Source: a virus | Length of the DNA stretch: 64,000 bases | Virus record (IMG/VR): IMGVR_UViG_3300021962_000023 | Span: 32,001-96,000 of that record | Reading direction: 5' to 3' (one strand) | Part shown: piece by piece, positions 19,220 through 29,776 of the stretch | Position numbering within the stretch: position 1 is the stretch's first letter | How the letters are laid out: each line of letters begins with the position of its first letter | Position numbers and translations under genes: made by a program | The notes under the pieces: model-generated | What the model was told of the DNA's origin: nothing | Databases searched by the model: none | The model's input: only the letters and a program-made list of their open reading frames with translations

Positions 19220-19260
19220 AGTTAATTTGTATTTATATATATACATATATATAGATAAAA

Positions 19261-20124
19261 TTATTTTCCATCACAAATTCCTCGTTGCTTAAATTCACAC
19301 CAATCGCATAACTTTGATGGCTTCTTAGGATAATCAATATCCATTCTATAATTACCAGCTTCATCAAACACCGAATCAACAAATGCTAAAAATCCATTCC
19401 AAGCTTTATTAACCGATGGTTTGCCGCTTGCAGGTACATGTCTACTGATACGTGGGATTGTGTAATCTTCTACCTCAGCTACTTTTCGTTTTAAGATGAT
19501 AAATTCTACCTCAATCATATCTTGTGATATGTTTAACATTTCGGCATAAAACTTCTTATACAAAAGTATTTGTGAATTTTTAACGGGGTCTGATTTCTGA
19601 TATTTACTCCAACCTTTTGTAGATGTTTTGAAATCGGTAATACGATATCTACCTGTCTTTTTATTTCTGACAATGAAATCGATGAATCCTAAGAAGTTTA
19701 CATTCTCTGCAATCTTAGTATTAATTGGTTGTTCGATAGCAACTAACTCATCATCTTTTAATGAGAAAAAGTTATTGAAGTTTTTTGGCTTTTGAAAATA
19801 ATCTAATATAAGATTACCATCTTCCAAAAATTCTACCATCTCTTCTTTTGTGGAAATGTGTGTTTTGTATTCTTCGAATTCCTTTAGATAAATGTCTTTC
19901 ATTTTTACTTTCAACATATCTTTAAGATTCATCATCTTATCGGCTTGTGATTTCGAAATGCGAAGGCATTTATCCAAGTATTCTTGTAGTGTTTCGTGCA
20001 TTGCCGAACCAAATACTGAATGTATATTTGATGTTGATTCGGATAACTTATCAATATAACTTAATTTATATTGTTGTGGACAACTACTCCACATACTATA
20101 TTGAGAAAATGAAACTCTTGCCAT
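19261..20124 (-). CDS. PD-(D/E)XK nuclease, RecB/Cas4-like, with four Cys
   Basis: SQY..W..CP, EQ.I, GFIDFI, ITDFKTS, Q..LY, LCDWCEF..IC. Confidence 0.85.
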   Translation of the reverse strand: MARVSFSQYSMWSSCPQQYKLSYIDKLSESTSNIHSVFGSAMHETLQEYLDKCLRISKSQADKMMNLKDMLKVKMKDIYLKEFEEYKTHISTKEEMVEFLEDGNLILDYFQKPKNFNNFFSLKDDELVAIEQPINTKIAENVNFLGFIDFIVRNKKTGRYRITDFKTSTKGWSKYQKSDPVKNSQILLYKKFYAEMLNISQDMIEVEFIILKRKVAEVEDYTIPRISRHVPASGKPSVNKAWNGFLAFVDSVFDEAGNYRMDIDYPKKPSKLCDWCEFKQRGICDGK

Positions 20125-20141
20125 ATTATTTGTTTATAATA

Positions 20142-20173
20142 CAAATATACAACTTTTATTTCATTATTCCAAA
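20142..20173 (-). promoter_or_regulatory. Bacteroidota sigma-A-type promoter
   Basis: TTTG-N20-TATATTTG upstream of the nuclease gene. Confidence 0.8.
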
Positions 20174-21409
20174 TTAAATGATTGGATTTTTTCTGGTATC
20201 TTCATTAATAATATCATCTATAAATGAAAGTTTTTCAGGTAAAAATGTATCATTAAATATCATACCATGTGTAGTATGGGCTACTAAATATTTTTTAGAA
20301 TTAACTCTATCCCAACTTGTAACTTTAGCACTTTTAAGATAGTTGATGTATTTTTCTAAATATTCTTTTAGTTTAACAGACTGAATATTATTAATTTTAT
20401 CTTCATATAAACTTATTAACTTCGTTCTATGTTCATCAAAATTAACAGGGTTGTACCACCAAGGAAAACGAACATAGTGAAAATTAATTAACTCATGTGA
20501 TTCATTTAATTCTTCTAAAAAATCAAAAAAATCATAAGCGTTTAATAAAGAAGCAGTATATTGGAAATCATATGTGATATTTTTATATTGAGTCATAGCC
20601 CATTTTAGTACCATCATATTTTTCTTAAATACTTTTGTATCAAATCCGGTTCTAACATATTCACCAACTTCACCTAATCCATCTATTGATATTGAAAAAT
20701 GTACTTTTCTAAAATCTTTCAAATATTCAAATATAGTTTTTCCTTTATATTTTAAAATACTGAAGTTTGTATTATACATTAAGGATATATCTTTCTTATT
20801 CTTTAATGAATCTAATAATTTAAAATGCTCCTCCAATACAAAAGGCTCACCACCGGCAAAATATAATACTTCTATATTTTTCATAGATTCCTCATTTAAT
20901 TTGAAATCTACTTTACTTAAAGATTCTACTTTCTCTTCACCAAATGCAAGAACTCCCATATTTGTTTTATAGAAATCCTCTTTCTCTTCTTGCCATTTAG
21001 TTGAATAAGAGTCATTGCAAGTTCTACATTTAAAATTACAAATATTAGATGGTCTTAAATCCAATGATACAAATTCCGTAGCTACTGTACCATCGAATTT
21101 TTCATCACTAATATATTTTTTATCAATATCATTCAATCTCGCGCTATGATGTTCATTCCATCTAATTCTGGATGATTTAATATCTTGCTTTTCTAAATCG
21201 TAACAAGCACTACAATAATCGTTTTGTACACCATTTACCATATCCAATCGAAGTTTTTTATATTCTTCTGAATTGAATGCATCTTCTATCGAAGTTCCCT
21301 TTAAATTAATATCGGTAAATGCCTTTTGTGAATCACAACATGGTTTTGCTGTTCCATCCATATACCCATTTAGGTGTATAAAAGGTAATATACAAAAACT
21401 CTTATTCAT
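20174..21409 (-). CDS. Radical SAM protein with N-terminal twitch-like Cys domain
   Basis: CILPF..PCC..CSACY, LDLRPSNICNFKCRTC (CxxxCxxC), FAGGEPF, YNTN, SIDG..EYVR. Confidence 0.88.
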   Translation of the reverse strand: MNKSFCILPFIHLNGYMDGTAKPCCDSQKAFTDINLKGTSIEDAFNSEEYKKLRLDMVNGVQNDYCSACYDLEKQDIKSSRIRWNEHHSARLNDIDKKYISDEKFDGTVATEFVSLDLRPSNICNFKCRTCNDSYSTKWQEEKEDFYKTNMGVLAFGEEKVESLSKVDFKLNEESMKNIEVLYFAGGEPFVLEEHFKLLDSLKNKKDISLMYNTNFSILKYKGKTIFEYLKDFRKVHFSISIDGLGEVGEYVRTGFDTKVFKKNMMVLKWAMTQYKNITYDFQYTASLLNAYDFFDFLEELNESHELINFHYVRFPWWYNPVNFDEHRTKLISLYEDKINNIQSVKLKEYLEKYINYLKSAKVTSWDRVNSKKYLVAHTTHGMIFNDTFLPEKLSFIDDIINEDTRKNPII

Positions 21410-21861
21410 TATATCTTTAATTTTAATTTTGTAATTTGCTTTTTATCAGTACCATACTTTTCAGAAATATATTTAATATTTTCTCTACCCTCTCTAGTAG
21501 AATACAATATATCTAAATATTCTATTGCTTGGGTTTCTGAACAATCATATTCTTTTTTAATAAGTTCTATTATAAACGATTCATACTTTTCAGCCGATTT
21601 TCCTTTCATATACTTTAGAAAGTATCTGCCTTTTGGAATTGCATTAATATATAACTTATACATATCCTTTGGCTCAAGTGTTTGAGTCAAAGGTAGTATA
21701 GTTGCAATCAATTCAACCCAATCTGGATTCATCGAAAGGAATCGATTAATCATAAAGTTGCTCCAAGACTTCTTATCCTCTTCTGATAGATTATCAAAAT
21801 ACTTTGGGTCTTGTTCGTTTGTAATAGCCTTAATGTGGTCAAATAAACTTTTACCAGCCAT
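21409..21861 (-). CDS. Clamp loader small subunit, T4 gp62-like
   Basis: LFD..KAI..W..FMINRFLS..KGRYF.KY.K..A.EYL; lies in the clamp/clamp-loader block. Confidence 0.7.
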   Translation of the reverse strand: MAGKSLFDHIKAITNEQDPKYFDNLSEEDKKSWSNFMINRFLSMNPDWVELIATILPLTQTLEPKDMYKLYINAIPKGRYFLKYMKGKSAEKYESFIIELIKKEYDCSETQAIEYLDILYSTREGRENIKYISEKYGTDKKQITKLKLKI

Positions 21862-21862
21862 A

Positions 21863-22108
21863 TTAATTAATTAATGGGTTTGCTTTTTTTTGTAATTCGG
21901 GTGGTAACAATTCTTGCAAAGCTTCTCCACAAGCCGTACATAAATACATTTCAATTGGTATAATTGTATCTTGCGATTGTCCGGTCATTATTTTACTTAA
22001 TTTCTTAAATCTAACACCTGGCATAAATACTTTACCACCACATTCACATACCATATCTCTTGCATCATTTAGGTTAATACCTAATGGCAATCCGTTTTGT
22101 CCTTCCAT
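21863..22108 (-). CDS. Small zinc-ribbon-like protein
   Basis: CECG and CTACG cysteine pairs. Confidence 0.55.
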   Translation of the reverse strand: MEGQNGLPLGINLNDARDMVCECGGKVFMPGVRFKKLSKIMTGQSQDTIIPIEMYLCTACGEALQELLPPELQKKANPLIN

Positions 22109-23055
22109 TATCGTATAATGTTTATAATTTGAATTAATAATGATGCGAATATAATTTCCTTATCGACAACCAATGCATCTTTGGATTGAGCTTCAGCAAT
22201 TGCTAAAATGATATTTGCTGTGTTGCCACCTGCGTAATCATCAACCTTATCATAAAGATATGTATACATTTCGGTATAATCGTTCATTTGATTATCCAAC
22301 ACCATTTGTCTTGTTTTTAAATATAGATTTCTTTTATCATCAGAACCTTTTAATGCATCGACCAATTTTGTTTTAAAATCGGATTCAATCATAATAGCTT
22401 TATCCACTTTCAATTCGCCTTTATTGGATTGAAGTTGGCAAGTATTTAATATTCTACGAATATCTGGGTAATAAGAACTTACAATTTCCGCAACATTCTT
22501 AATATCATATGTAATCTTTTCAGTATCTAATATCTTACTAACCTGAATTGCTACATCCTTTTTAGTTGGAGGTGTGATTGCAAATGATTGACATCTACTT
22601 TGAATCGGGTCAATAATCTTTTCAATGTAATTACAAGTCAAAATGAATCTACAATGTTTACTGAATGTTTCCATTAAGTTACGAAGAATTGCTTGTGCAT
22701 TTGGAGTCATATAATCAAACTCATCCAAAATCACAACTTTGAATCCTGCGAATCCAACCGATGATGCGAAGTTCTTTACTTTATTACGAACTGTATCCAC
22801 ATTGTTCTCATCCGATGCGTTGATAATCATATGGTCACATTTGATTGTGTTTACGATTAACTTTGCTAATGTGGTTTTACCCGTACCTGCTTTACCATAA
22901 AGTAGTAAGTGAGGAATATCGTTGTTATCCAAATATTGTTGGATAGTTTCTTTGATGGTTTCATTACCAACATAATCTGCAAGTGTTTGTGGGCGATATT
23001 TTTCTACCCATAAACTATGCTCTCTTTTATTAATATCGTTTGCGAAAAAACTCAT
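22108..23055 (-). CDS. Clamp loader AAA+ subunit, T4 gp44/RFC-like
   Basis: LWVEKYRP, GKAGTGKTT, INASDE, ILDEFD, SRC. Confidence 0.95.
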   Translation of the reverse strand: MSFFANDINKREHSLWVEKYRPQTLADYVGNETIKETIQQYLDNNDIPHLLLYGKAGTGKTTLAKLIVNTIKCDHMIINASDENNVDTVRNKVKNFASSVGFAGFKVVILDEFDYMTPNAQAILRNLMETFSKHCRFILTCNYIEKIIDPIQSRCQSFAITPPTKKDVAIQVSKILDTEKITYDIKNVAEIVSSYYPDIRRILNTCQLQSNKGELKVDKAIMIESDFKTKLVDALKGSDDKRNLYLKTRQMVLDNQMNDYTEMYTYLYDKVDDYAGGNTANIILAIAEAQSKDALVVDKEIIFASLLIQIINIIR

Positions 23056-23999
23056 AACATTATTTTTTTTAATTCATTTAAAATGTGGCCGTTATGTATC
23101 ATATCTTCAAGCCTTTTTAAATTGTTTGATTTAATATTTCTTTCTTTTAATTCAATTGTATTCAAATCCGAAATTTCCTTAACAATTTTACTTTCATATG
23201 AAGTGTATCCAATTATATCAAATCCATCTTTTTCCAATTCGGATTTTATTCTATGCTGTAAAATATGAATGGTTGGTATACCCAATGATTCCATAATAAA
23301 TCCTTTCAATATTTTATCAGAACAAAAGAATGCAATAGCATCCGTATTAGATGATTCAAAACTTAAAAACATCTCACAATCCATAAAATTAAAAAATTGT
23401 ACAGACCATTGCTTATAACTATCAGTTATATTAGGTCCTATTAATAATTTAAATGTTTCTGAATTTTTTTGTTCTATAATTTTAAATATATCTACATAGT
23501 TTGATTTTCTAATTTCTTTTAATAAAAAATCTCTATCATTTCTATAACCCTCTCTATGCCATACTCCACATTTGTATTTTTTATCACAAACTATTTTTTG
23601 AAATTCAAAAAGTTCTACTGCAAATAATACATAATAATACATCAAAGATAATGATACATTTAAATATGTGTTGGGATAATCCAATATTTGTCCTTGAGTA
23701 CCACCATCAATTGCGCTTGTAATTATTTTAAAATTATCATATTTTAAAAATTCTTTTCTATTTTCCAAATGAAATCCATCACCATGAATACATAAAAGAA
23801 ATACTTTGTAATTATTTTCTAATAAAAATAAAGCATCATTTGGTTGAAATTGTTTGGTTGAATAGATAAATCCATCGTAGTTTTTATAATCTATTTTACG
23901 AGGGGATACTCCCATAGTTACATGAAATGTTGCTGGAAATTTTATATATTCCAGCAACTTCATTTCAGTTAAAGCATTTTCGTGTACCCAAATATTCAT
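23052..23999 (-). CDS. Hypothetical protein, paralog-like to 33089..34129
   Basis: FCSDKILKG..P.I..L..DGF resembles FISEKT..PFI..L..MGF in the other gene. Confidence 0.5.
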   Translation of the reverse strand: MNIWVHENALTEMKLLEYIKFPATFHVTMGVSPRKIDYKNYDGFIYSTKQFQPNDALFLLENNYKVFLLCIHGDGFHLENRKEFLKYDNFKIITSAIDGGTQGQILDYPNTYLNVSLSLMYYYVLFAVELFEFQKIVCDKKYKCGVWHREGYRNDRDFLLKEIRKSNYVDIFKIIEQKNSETFKLLIGPNITDSYKQWSVQFFNFMDCEMFLSFESSNTDAIAFFCSDKILKGFIMESLGIPTIHILQHRIKSELEKDGFDIIGYTSYESKIVKEISDLNTIELKERNIKSNNLKRLEDMIHNGHILNELKKIML

Positions 24000-24002
24000 T
24001 AA

Positions 24003-24302
24003 TTAGTTTTTTACGAATACACCATTTACAGTCTTACCTGTTCTATCTTTGATTTCATTCCAAGCTGCTTCCAAACAATCAGCGGGTTCTAATCCCAATT
24101 GTTTAGCTAAAATGATAAGTGTTACAAATGAATCACCAATACCATCTTTGATTTCCTCATCTTTGGATTTCAATAATGCCCCAGCGGTTTCACCCACCTC
24201 TTCCAAAACTTTCAATAATTGTTTTGGTGCATTTTCTTTTTTTAGGATATCCTTATCCGATGCCCATTGGGACACATTTTCAATTAAATTATCAAATGTC
24301 AT
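24003..24302 (-). CDS. MazG-like NTP pyrophosphohydrolase
   Basis: KVLEEVGE..EIKDGIGD motif. Confidence 0.85.
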   Translation of the reverse strand: MTFDNLIENVSQWASDKDILKKENAPKQLLKVLEEVGETAGALLKSKDEEIKDGIGDSFVTLIILAKQLGLEPADCLEAAWNEIKDRTGKTVNGVFVKN

Positions 24303-24303
24303 A

Positions 24304-24576
24304 TTATTTTTCTTTTACTCTTTCTAATTTTGTTTCTTCTGAAATTGGTCTTGGGAATATTTTAAATTCCATACCATTTTGTTTAAAGTGCAATGCACGT
24401 CCTTCTATTGATTCAATTTGTAAAACCAATGGAGCACTATTGCTATCTTCATTTGAAAATGCAAATACAACAGGCTCATTGTTAAAAAATTGAAAACACC
24501 ATTCAGCATCTACAATTGGAGTTTGTTCTGTTGGTTGAATTTCTTCGTTTGGTGCGAATCCGTTATCTTCTATCAT
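24304..24576 (-). CDS. Hypothetical protein
   Basis: ORF within the operon. Confidence 0.55.
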   Translation of the reverse strand: MIEDNGFAPNEEIQPTEQTPIVDAEWCFQFFNNEPVVFAFSNEDSNSAPLVLQIESIEGRALHFKQNGMEFKIFPRPISEETKLERVKEK

Positions 24577-24583
24577 AAGTTTA

Positions 24584-25297
24584 TTAGTTTGAAATTTCTA
24601 CTAAATAGTATTTACAAGTAAACTCATCAATTTTGAATTCAACATGGGCTAAACCATCAGTAGATACTTTTAATTTAGCAGTAGTTGCTTCTTTATTAGC
24701 CGTTAAGATTTCTTTTAAATATTTCGCTGAGAATGAAATTGGTTTTACATCACCATCATATCCTTTAACTGCGGTAAATGTAACTCTATTTGTAGAGATT
24801 GATGAATAACCGATTGCCATTTTTAAATCACCACCTTCGGTAAATACAGTGAATGTATCGATATCAGATAATGCACCTTTTGCTTTGATAAATTTATCAA
24901 TCATATTCGATGCCATTTCAATACCAATACCAAATTCTGGCATTTGCTTTAAATCAGGAACAGATGGAATAACACCCAAATCTGCTAATTGATATGATGT
25001 TTCGGTTTCATCCGAAGATAATTTCAATACAGTAGCTTTATCACCAACTGAATCTACTTTTAGATTAATATCACTATCCAAAATACCCACCAAATTCTTT
25101 AATAAAGAAGTTGTGTAAATACCAATGTTAAATGGCGTTGATGTAAATCCATCAAAATCCACTTCTCCTAACATCGTTTTGTCATCCGAAATGAAACGAA
25201 CTGATAATTTGTTACCTTCAGCGTTCCATGCTACTGATTCGATTACTCCACCTAATGAATACTTTTGGATAAATCGTAAAAGATTGTTTTTGTTCAT
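24584..25297 (-). CDS. Sliding clamp, T4 gp45-like
   Basis: 237 aa with a clamp-like pattern (FNIGIY..LL, Y.LAD, KVSTDGLAHVEF..KYYLV); adjacent to PolB and the clamp loaders. Confidence 0.8.
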   Translation of the reverse strand: MNKNNLLRFIQKYSLGGVIESVAWNAEGNKLSVRFISDDKTMLGEVDFDGFTSTPFNIGIYTTSLLKNLVGILDSDINLKVDSVGDKATVLKLSSDETETSYQLADLGVIPSVPDLKQMPEFGIGIEMASNMIDKFIKAKGALSDIDTFTVFTEGGDLKMAIGYSSISTNRVTFTAVKGYDGDVKPISFSAKYLKEILTANKEATTAKLKVSTDGLAHVEFKIDEFTCKYYLVEISN

Positions 25298-25331
25298 AAC
25301 TTTTGTTTTTTAAATTTTAATTATTGTTCTA

Positions 25332-25363
25332 CAAATATACTACAAATTTTTGATAATACCAAG
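25332..25363 (-). promoter_or_regulatory. Bacteroidota sigma-A-type promoter
   Basis: CTTG-N20-TATATTTG upstream of the clamp gene. Confidence 0.78.
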
Positions 25364-26098
25364 TCTTTTTATATGATTATATAAATTTTCTGCATAATTT
25401 TTATTTTCTTCAGAAGTGGCATGTTGATGGGAGTCTGTATATTGTTTATATTCGCCATCAAACCTATTATCATCTGAATATTCTGTGTTTAAAAATACTC
25501 CATTCCAAATAAATGGTATTTCTTTCGATTTTAAATAGTATGTTATTAGTTGATGGTTCTTATACCAGTTTATATAATCATCTTCTATATTTGATAATTT
25601 TTCTAACATTTGGAATTCATTTATACCATCCGGATGTTCTTTATAATATCCCCACGGATTTAAAGCAAATGGTTCAACCCCACCATCCGATTTGTAGTAT
25701 TCTCGGCGTGATGGATAACTATACATTACTAATACCAAATCAGGCTTTACTTTATCTACGAATGTTAATATAGTTCTTGCTATATAATCATTACTCCTAC
25801 CACTATGTCCAAAATTCAAATCAACACCATTATTTACTAATTTGGAAAAATAATGAGGCCAAGTTTCATCATCATTTACACCAATTCCTTCTGTATGTGA
25901 ACACCCTACACTCATAACTTTGTATCCTTGTTTTAAAAAGGAATCTCCTCTAAATCCAAGTTCATTGTAAGTGTATGTATTTTTATTTGAATTATCGGAG
26001 CCTGAGCCTTGGAATCTTCTTCCTTTTCGTTCACTCAATTTCCATCGAAATGATGTAACATCAAATGTTATTGATTTCCAAAATTTTAATCCTTTCAT
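25340..26098 (-). CDS. SGNH-hydrolase-like protein inserted between PolB and the clamp
   Basis: YNELGFR, GCSHTEGIG, NFGHSGRSND.I.R, DSHQHAT. Confidence 0.65.
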   Translation of the reverse strand: MKGLKFWKSITFDVTSFRWKLSERKGRRFQGSGSDNSNKNTYTYNELGFRGDSFLKQGYKVMSVGCSHTEGIGVNDDETWPHYFSKLVNNGVDLNFGHSGRSNDYIARTILTFVDKVKPDLVLVMYSYPSRREYYKSDGGVEPFALNPWGYYKEHPDGINEFQMLEKLSNIEDDYINWYKNHQLITYYLKSKEIPFIWNGVFLNTEYSDDNRFDGEYKQYTDSHQHATSEENKNYAENLYNHIKRLGIIKNL

Positions 26099-26099
26099 A

Positions 26100-28661
26100 T
26101 TAAAAACTAAAAAACTTTTTAGCGGTTTGAGCTTCTACCGATGCTTTTTCCCATTTTAAGGCGTTGTAAAAATCATCAACTTTGTTTTCTAACTCTGCTT
26201 TATAAATCATATCCCTATCAACATATTGTTCTACGAAGTCCATAATTTCTTTAGGGTCATTATAATCTTTAAATGCCACAGTATCCAATCCTAATGGGTT
26301 CGTTTTAAGATATACCCACTTAACTTTATCACCATCTCTAATTGGTTCATTCTTAAATGGACAATTGAAAAACTTTAATAATCGATTGTAAGTGATACCA
26401 GCTTTAACATGCGCCGGAGTTCCTTTTTCAAATGTCGCAATTGCTTCACCACCATCTTTTCTCCAAGTTCCATTATCATATTTACTCAACTCTTTGATTG
26501 CTCCACCTTTGGCTATTTTATTAACTGGCAGATTAACCATATTGTTTTTGAATTCTAATAATTTCTTATCAACATATTCGTTATCTTTACCCATAAGAAT
26601 ATCTTTCAACATACCACTCATTTGGTCCTGAAATGCTTTGGGAAACGATGAACGAACTACATCTAATCCTTTTACATCCAACTTATCACATTTGATACCA
26701 TTCTTTAATACCATCCATTGTGCATATCGTTTCTTTGCTACCCAAAATCCTGCTTTACTGATATATTCTTTCTTAATCTCAAAACGATGTTTCTCTTTTG
26801 GAATAAAAAAGAATCGCTCTGCTAACATATCATAGAATGTATTTAAAAATGATTGAGTTTCTTCAGCGATTGTGTTTACTTCCGAAGCCATTCGTTGTTC
26901 ATCAAATTCTTTGTATTCTGGGTATCTATGTTTTACTAAAGGTTCTGCCATCATATAGATTGAATCCGTATCGATGTACACATTATAATCTTCTTTTGTA
27001 CCCAACTCCTTCCAATATTTGATATTAGCCATTTCAGCTGTTTTCTTAATAACTACTTGTCCTGTCAATGTTACAGCTTCAGCGTTATCCACATCATAGA
27101 ATCTAAATGCCGGTAATCCTAACACACCATACATTGAGTTCAAAAGAATCTTTTGTACTAACTGACGTTTAGCATAGAATTCGTATTTTTCGGTATCACC
27201 TGCTTCACCATACTTTTTCTCTAACTTTCTGAATTCCACACGCTTATCAAACCAGTTGTTAAGAATATCTGCAATTAGACCGGGTTTATCTTGTGTATAA
27301 AGAACTCCATTTGCCGCAACACCCAAATTACTATCCTTAATAACTTCCTTCAGTTCCTGAGTCGTATATTCGTAAGTATCACCATCTTTACCAACTAATT
27401 TATAAGTGGTATCCAATCCTTTAATATTGGCTTCCGCATCCCAATTCTCAATCTTACCAATTTTTGTTTCGGGACTGATATTTAGGGTCATAATGATTGA
27501 TGGATATAGAGATGTTAAGTCCAAGTCATAAATCCAATCGTACTTACCAACAATAGGTTCTTTTACATATGCTCCAATGAATTTCTCCTGATTGTTATCT
27601 TTCAATGCTTGCATTCGTTCCTTTCTATCTTTTGGTTTATTGGTTGCTACCAATCCCTTCGTTTTGAGATATCCCAAACAAGCTCCCTCTAACCACTTAG
27701 AGGAATAGATGTAATCTTCATACGGAACAAATCCAGCGTGACAAACGGCTCTACATAATTCAATAAATTGTAATTTTTCATCCATTGCTACAACCAACTC
27801 CACATCGACAATATTATACTCAATGAATTTTTCTAAATCGGTTTCGAATAAATCATCCAAACTTCCTTCATACTCTACCTTACCTCTACCTAACTCTTTG
27901 GTAGCAATGTAGTTCAATGTATAAGATGCTTCTAATGTATAAGTGTAGGTTTTGTATAGATTGATATAATCCAAAATACTTACACCACCAAAACTAAACT
28001 TCTCTCTATATGGTGACCAGAATGCTTCTCCGATACGAGATAATCTTTTAGCATGTCCTTCACCACATACATTCTTAATACGATTATACAAATACGGAAT
28101 ATCAAAGAAATCAATATTCCATCCCGTTAGAATAGTCGGGTCAACTTGTTGATAATAATTAAGAAATGCAAGTAACAAATTTTTCTCATTATCGAAGATG
28201 TGTACTTTAACCTCACGGCCGTTTTTACTAAAATTACTAGCATTATTTTTAACTTTTCTTTCTTTATCCAATACAAACACTTCATATTCTTTTGTAATAG
28301 AATCGTGTGCTGCTATTGCTGTGATTTCGTTTTGAGCTTCTCTTGTATTTGGTAGACCTGATATCATTTCTACCTCAATATCAAATGTTAATACAGTATG
28401 TCCTTTTGATGGTAAATCATTATCATAAATATCTACTAACACTCTCGTTGTTTCCGGCACATCCGATTCAAATAAATCTTCAGCATCTTCTTTTTCCCAC
28501 TTCGAAATACGAGTTAATTTATCGCCATACATTGATAAATGTTGACCATATGGGTCTTTTTTATAAGCATATTTTCTATATGGAAATGTCTGATACCCAT
28601 TTGTATCATCCCATAAATGAATTAAATTTTTTGCTCTTTCGTAATAGATATTTTGATACAT
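26100..28661 (-). CDS. Family B DNA polymerase, T4 gp43-like
   Basis: Exo DIEV, TGWN..FFDIPY, YN..DV; Pol DLTSLYPS, KILLNSMYG, YIDTDS. No intein. Confidence 0.97.
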   Translation of the reverse strand: MYQNIYYERAKNLIHLWDDTNGYQTFPYRKYAYKKDPYGQHLSMYGDKLTRISKWEKEDAEDLFESDVPETTRVLVDIYDNDLPSKGHTVLTFDIEVEMISGLPNTREAQNEITAIAAHDSITKEYEVFVLDKERKVKNNASNFSKNGREVKVHIFDNEKNLLLAFLNYYQQVDPTILTGWNIDFFDIPYLYNRIKNVCGEGHAKRLSRIGEAFWSPYREKFSFGGVSILDYINLYKTYTYTLEASYTLNYIATKELGRGKVEYEGSLDDLFETDLEKFIEYNIVDVELVVAMDEKLQFIELCRAVCHAGFVPYEDYIYSSKWLEGACLGYLKTKGLVATNKPKDRKERMQALKDNNQEKFIGAYVKEPIVGKYDWIYDLDLTSLYPSIIMTLNISPETKIGKIENWDAEANIKGLDTTYKLVGKDGDTYEYTTQELKEVIKDSNLGVAANGVLYTQDKPGLIADILNNWFDKRVEFRKLEKKYGEAGDTEKYEFYAKRQLVQKILLNSMYGVLGLPAFRFYDVDNAEAVTLTGQVVIKKTAEMANIKYWKELGTKEDYNVYIDTDSIYMMAEPLVKHRYPEYKEFDEQRMASEVNTIAEETQSFLNTFYDMLAERFFFIPKEKHRFEIKKEYISKAGFWVAKKRYAQWMVLKNGIKCDKLDVKGLDVVRSSFPKAFQDQMSGMLKDILMGKDNEYVDKKLLEFKNNMVNLPVNKIAKGGAIKELSKYDNGTWRKDGGEAIATFEKGTPAHVKAGITYNRLLKFFNCPFKNEPIRDGDKVKWVYLKTNPLGLDTVAFKDYNDPKEIMDFVEQYVDRDMIYKAELENKVDDFYNALKWEKASVEAQTAKKFFSF

Positions 28662-28662
28662 A

Positions 28663-29775
28663 CTATGCTCTTAATTTTTCATTTAATAATTTAATCATCT
28701 TACCATCATTTAATGATAATTCTTTTGCTCTTTCTATACTCTTAATAGATTGCTCCAATCTGAATTCATTATTATCCAATAATTTATCCAATGTTTCAAA
28801 CAAATCTTTTTTGAATTTAAAGAACATCCCATCTGGCTCAATCTCTCTATAACAATCTGATTCCTGATATATCATAGGCGTTCCATTCATCATACAATCG
28901 GTTGCAGCAACACTCCATCCATAATTTGTTTGTCTCATTTGAACTCCAACGGTACAAGATTGTAACTTTTTATAGTAATCATGCTTAGTTACCTTCGTAT
29001 TATCAATCCAACTATGTTCCGGCTTACCATCCAATTGTGGCACCCATACAATAAAATCTTGTCGTTTTTCTCTATACTCTTCCATTAATTTAATAAAAGC
29101 AGGGTATCCTTTATATGCAGCTGCTCTATGATTAAATACAATGATGTTTTTCTTTGGTTGCGGAGTTTCTATTATTTTAGAATTATCTACTCCCAAATTC
29201 CACACTACAAAGATATCATTTAATTTTTGAATAAACAAATCATTGAACCATAATTTTGCTTCTTCCAATACTCTATTCTTTTGGTCTTGTGTATTTAAGA
29301 AACAAGTTTCCATTTGAGATACGCCCAATAATTCTATTGGCATCCATCTCCATTTATTTTTTCTATCTTCGGAGTTGCACGATTTCATTTCCCACCAATG
29401 CCCATACCCAATGATTTTAGTATCAAAATCATTTTTATATCTACCTACTTGCGGCCAATCTGGTAAATGTGAATAGATTACATCATAATTTAATGTTTCC
29501 ATTAATCTATTCATATCCGGTGGATATGTTCTCATTTTAATCATATCACCTGAAAATGGTATGATGTGTTGTTTCACATTTATCAAATTCAACTTTTTAA
29601 CTGGCTGCGGTAGTATGATATTCCAAAAGAATTCACCCTCCGATTCCAATCCTTTGATGTGATTGTATATAACATCTACAAAGGAATCTTTTTCAATATT
29701 ACCAGAGTTAGTGATATTTGGTATTACTAATACTTTTCTGGCTTTATTGTAATCTATTGTTTCCCAAAATGTCAT
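28663..29775 (-). CDS. GT-B glycosyltransferase, candidate DNA-modifying enzyme
   Basis: YDVIYSHLP, IVFNHR..YKG, WSVAATDCMMNGTP (GT4-like EA.x.G.P position); directly upstream of PolB. Confidence 0.65.
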   Translation of the reverse strand: MTFWETIDYNKARKVLVIPNITNSGNIEKDSFVDVIYNHIKGLESEGEFFWNIILPQPVKKLNLINVKQHIIPFSGDMIKMRTYPPDMNRLMETLNYDVIYSHLPDWPQVGRYKNDFDTKIIGYGHWWEMKSCNSEDRKNKWRWMPIELLGVSQMETCFLNTQDQKNRVLEEAKLWFNDLFIQKLNDIFVVWNLGVDNSKIIETPQPKKNIIVFNHRAAAYKGYPAFIKLMEEYREKRQDFIVWVPQLDGKPEHSWIDNTKVTKHDYYKKLQSCTVGVQMRQTNYGWSVAATDCMMNGTPMIYQESDCYREIEPDGMFFKFKKDLFETLDKLLDNNEFRLEQSIKSIERAKELSLNDGKMIKLLNEKLRA

Positions 29776-29776
29776 A

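Noticed and set aside
19261-20124. CRISPR-Cas locus (Cas4)
   Set aside because: It is a solo PD-(D/E)XK nuclease typical of phage replication modules. No repeat-spacer array or other cas genes were seen.
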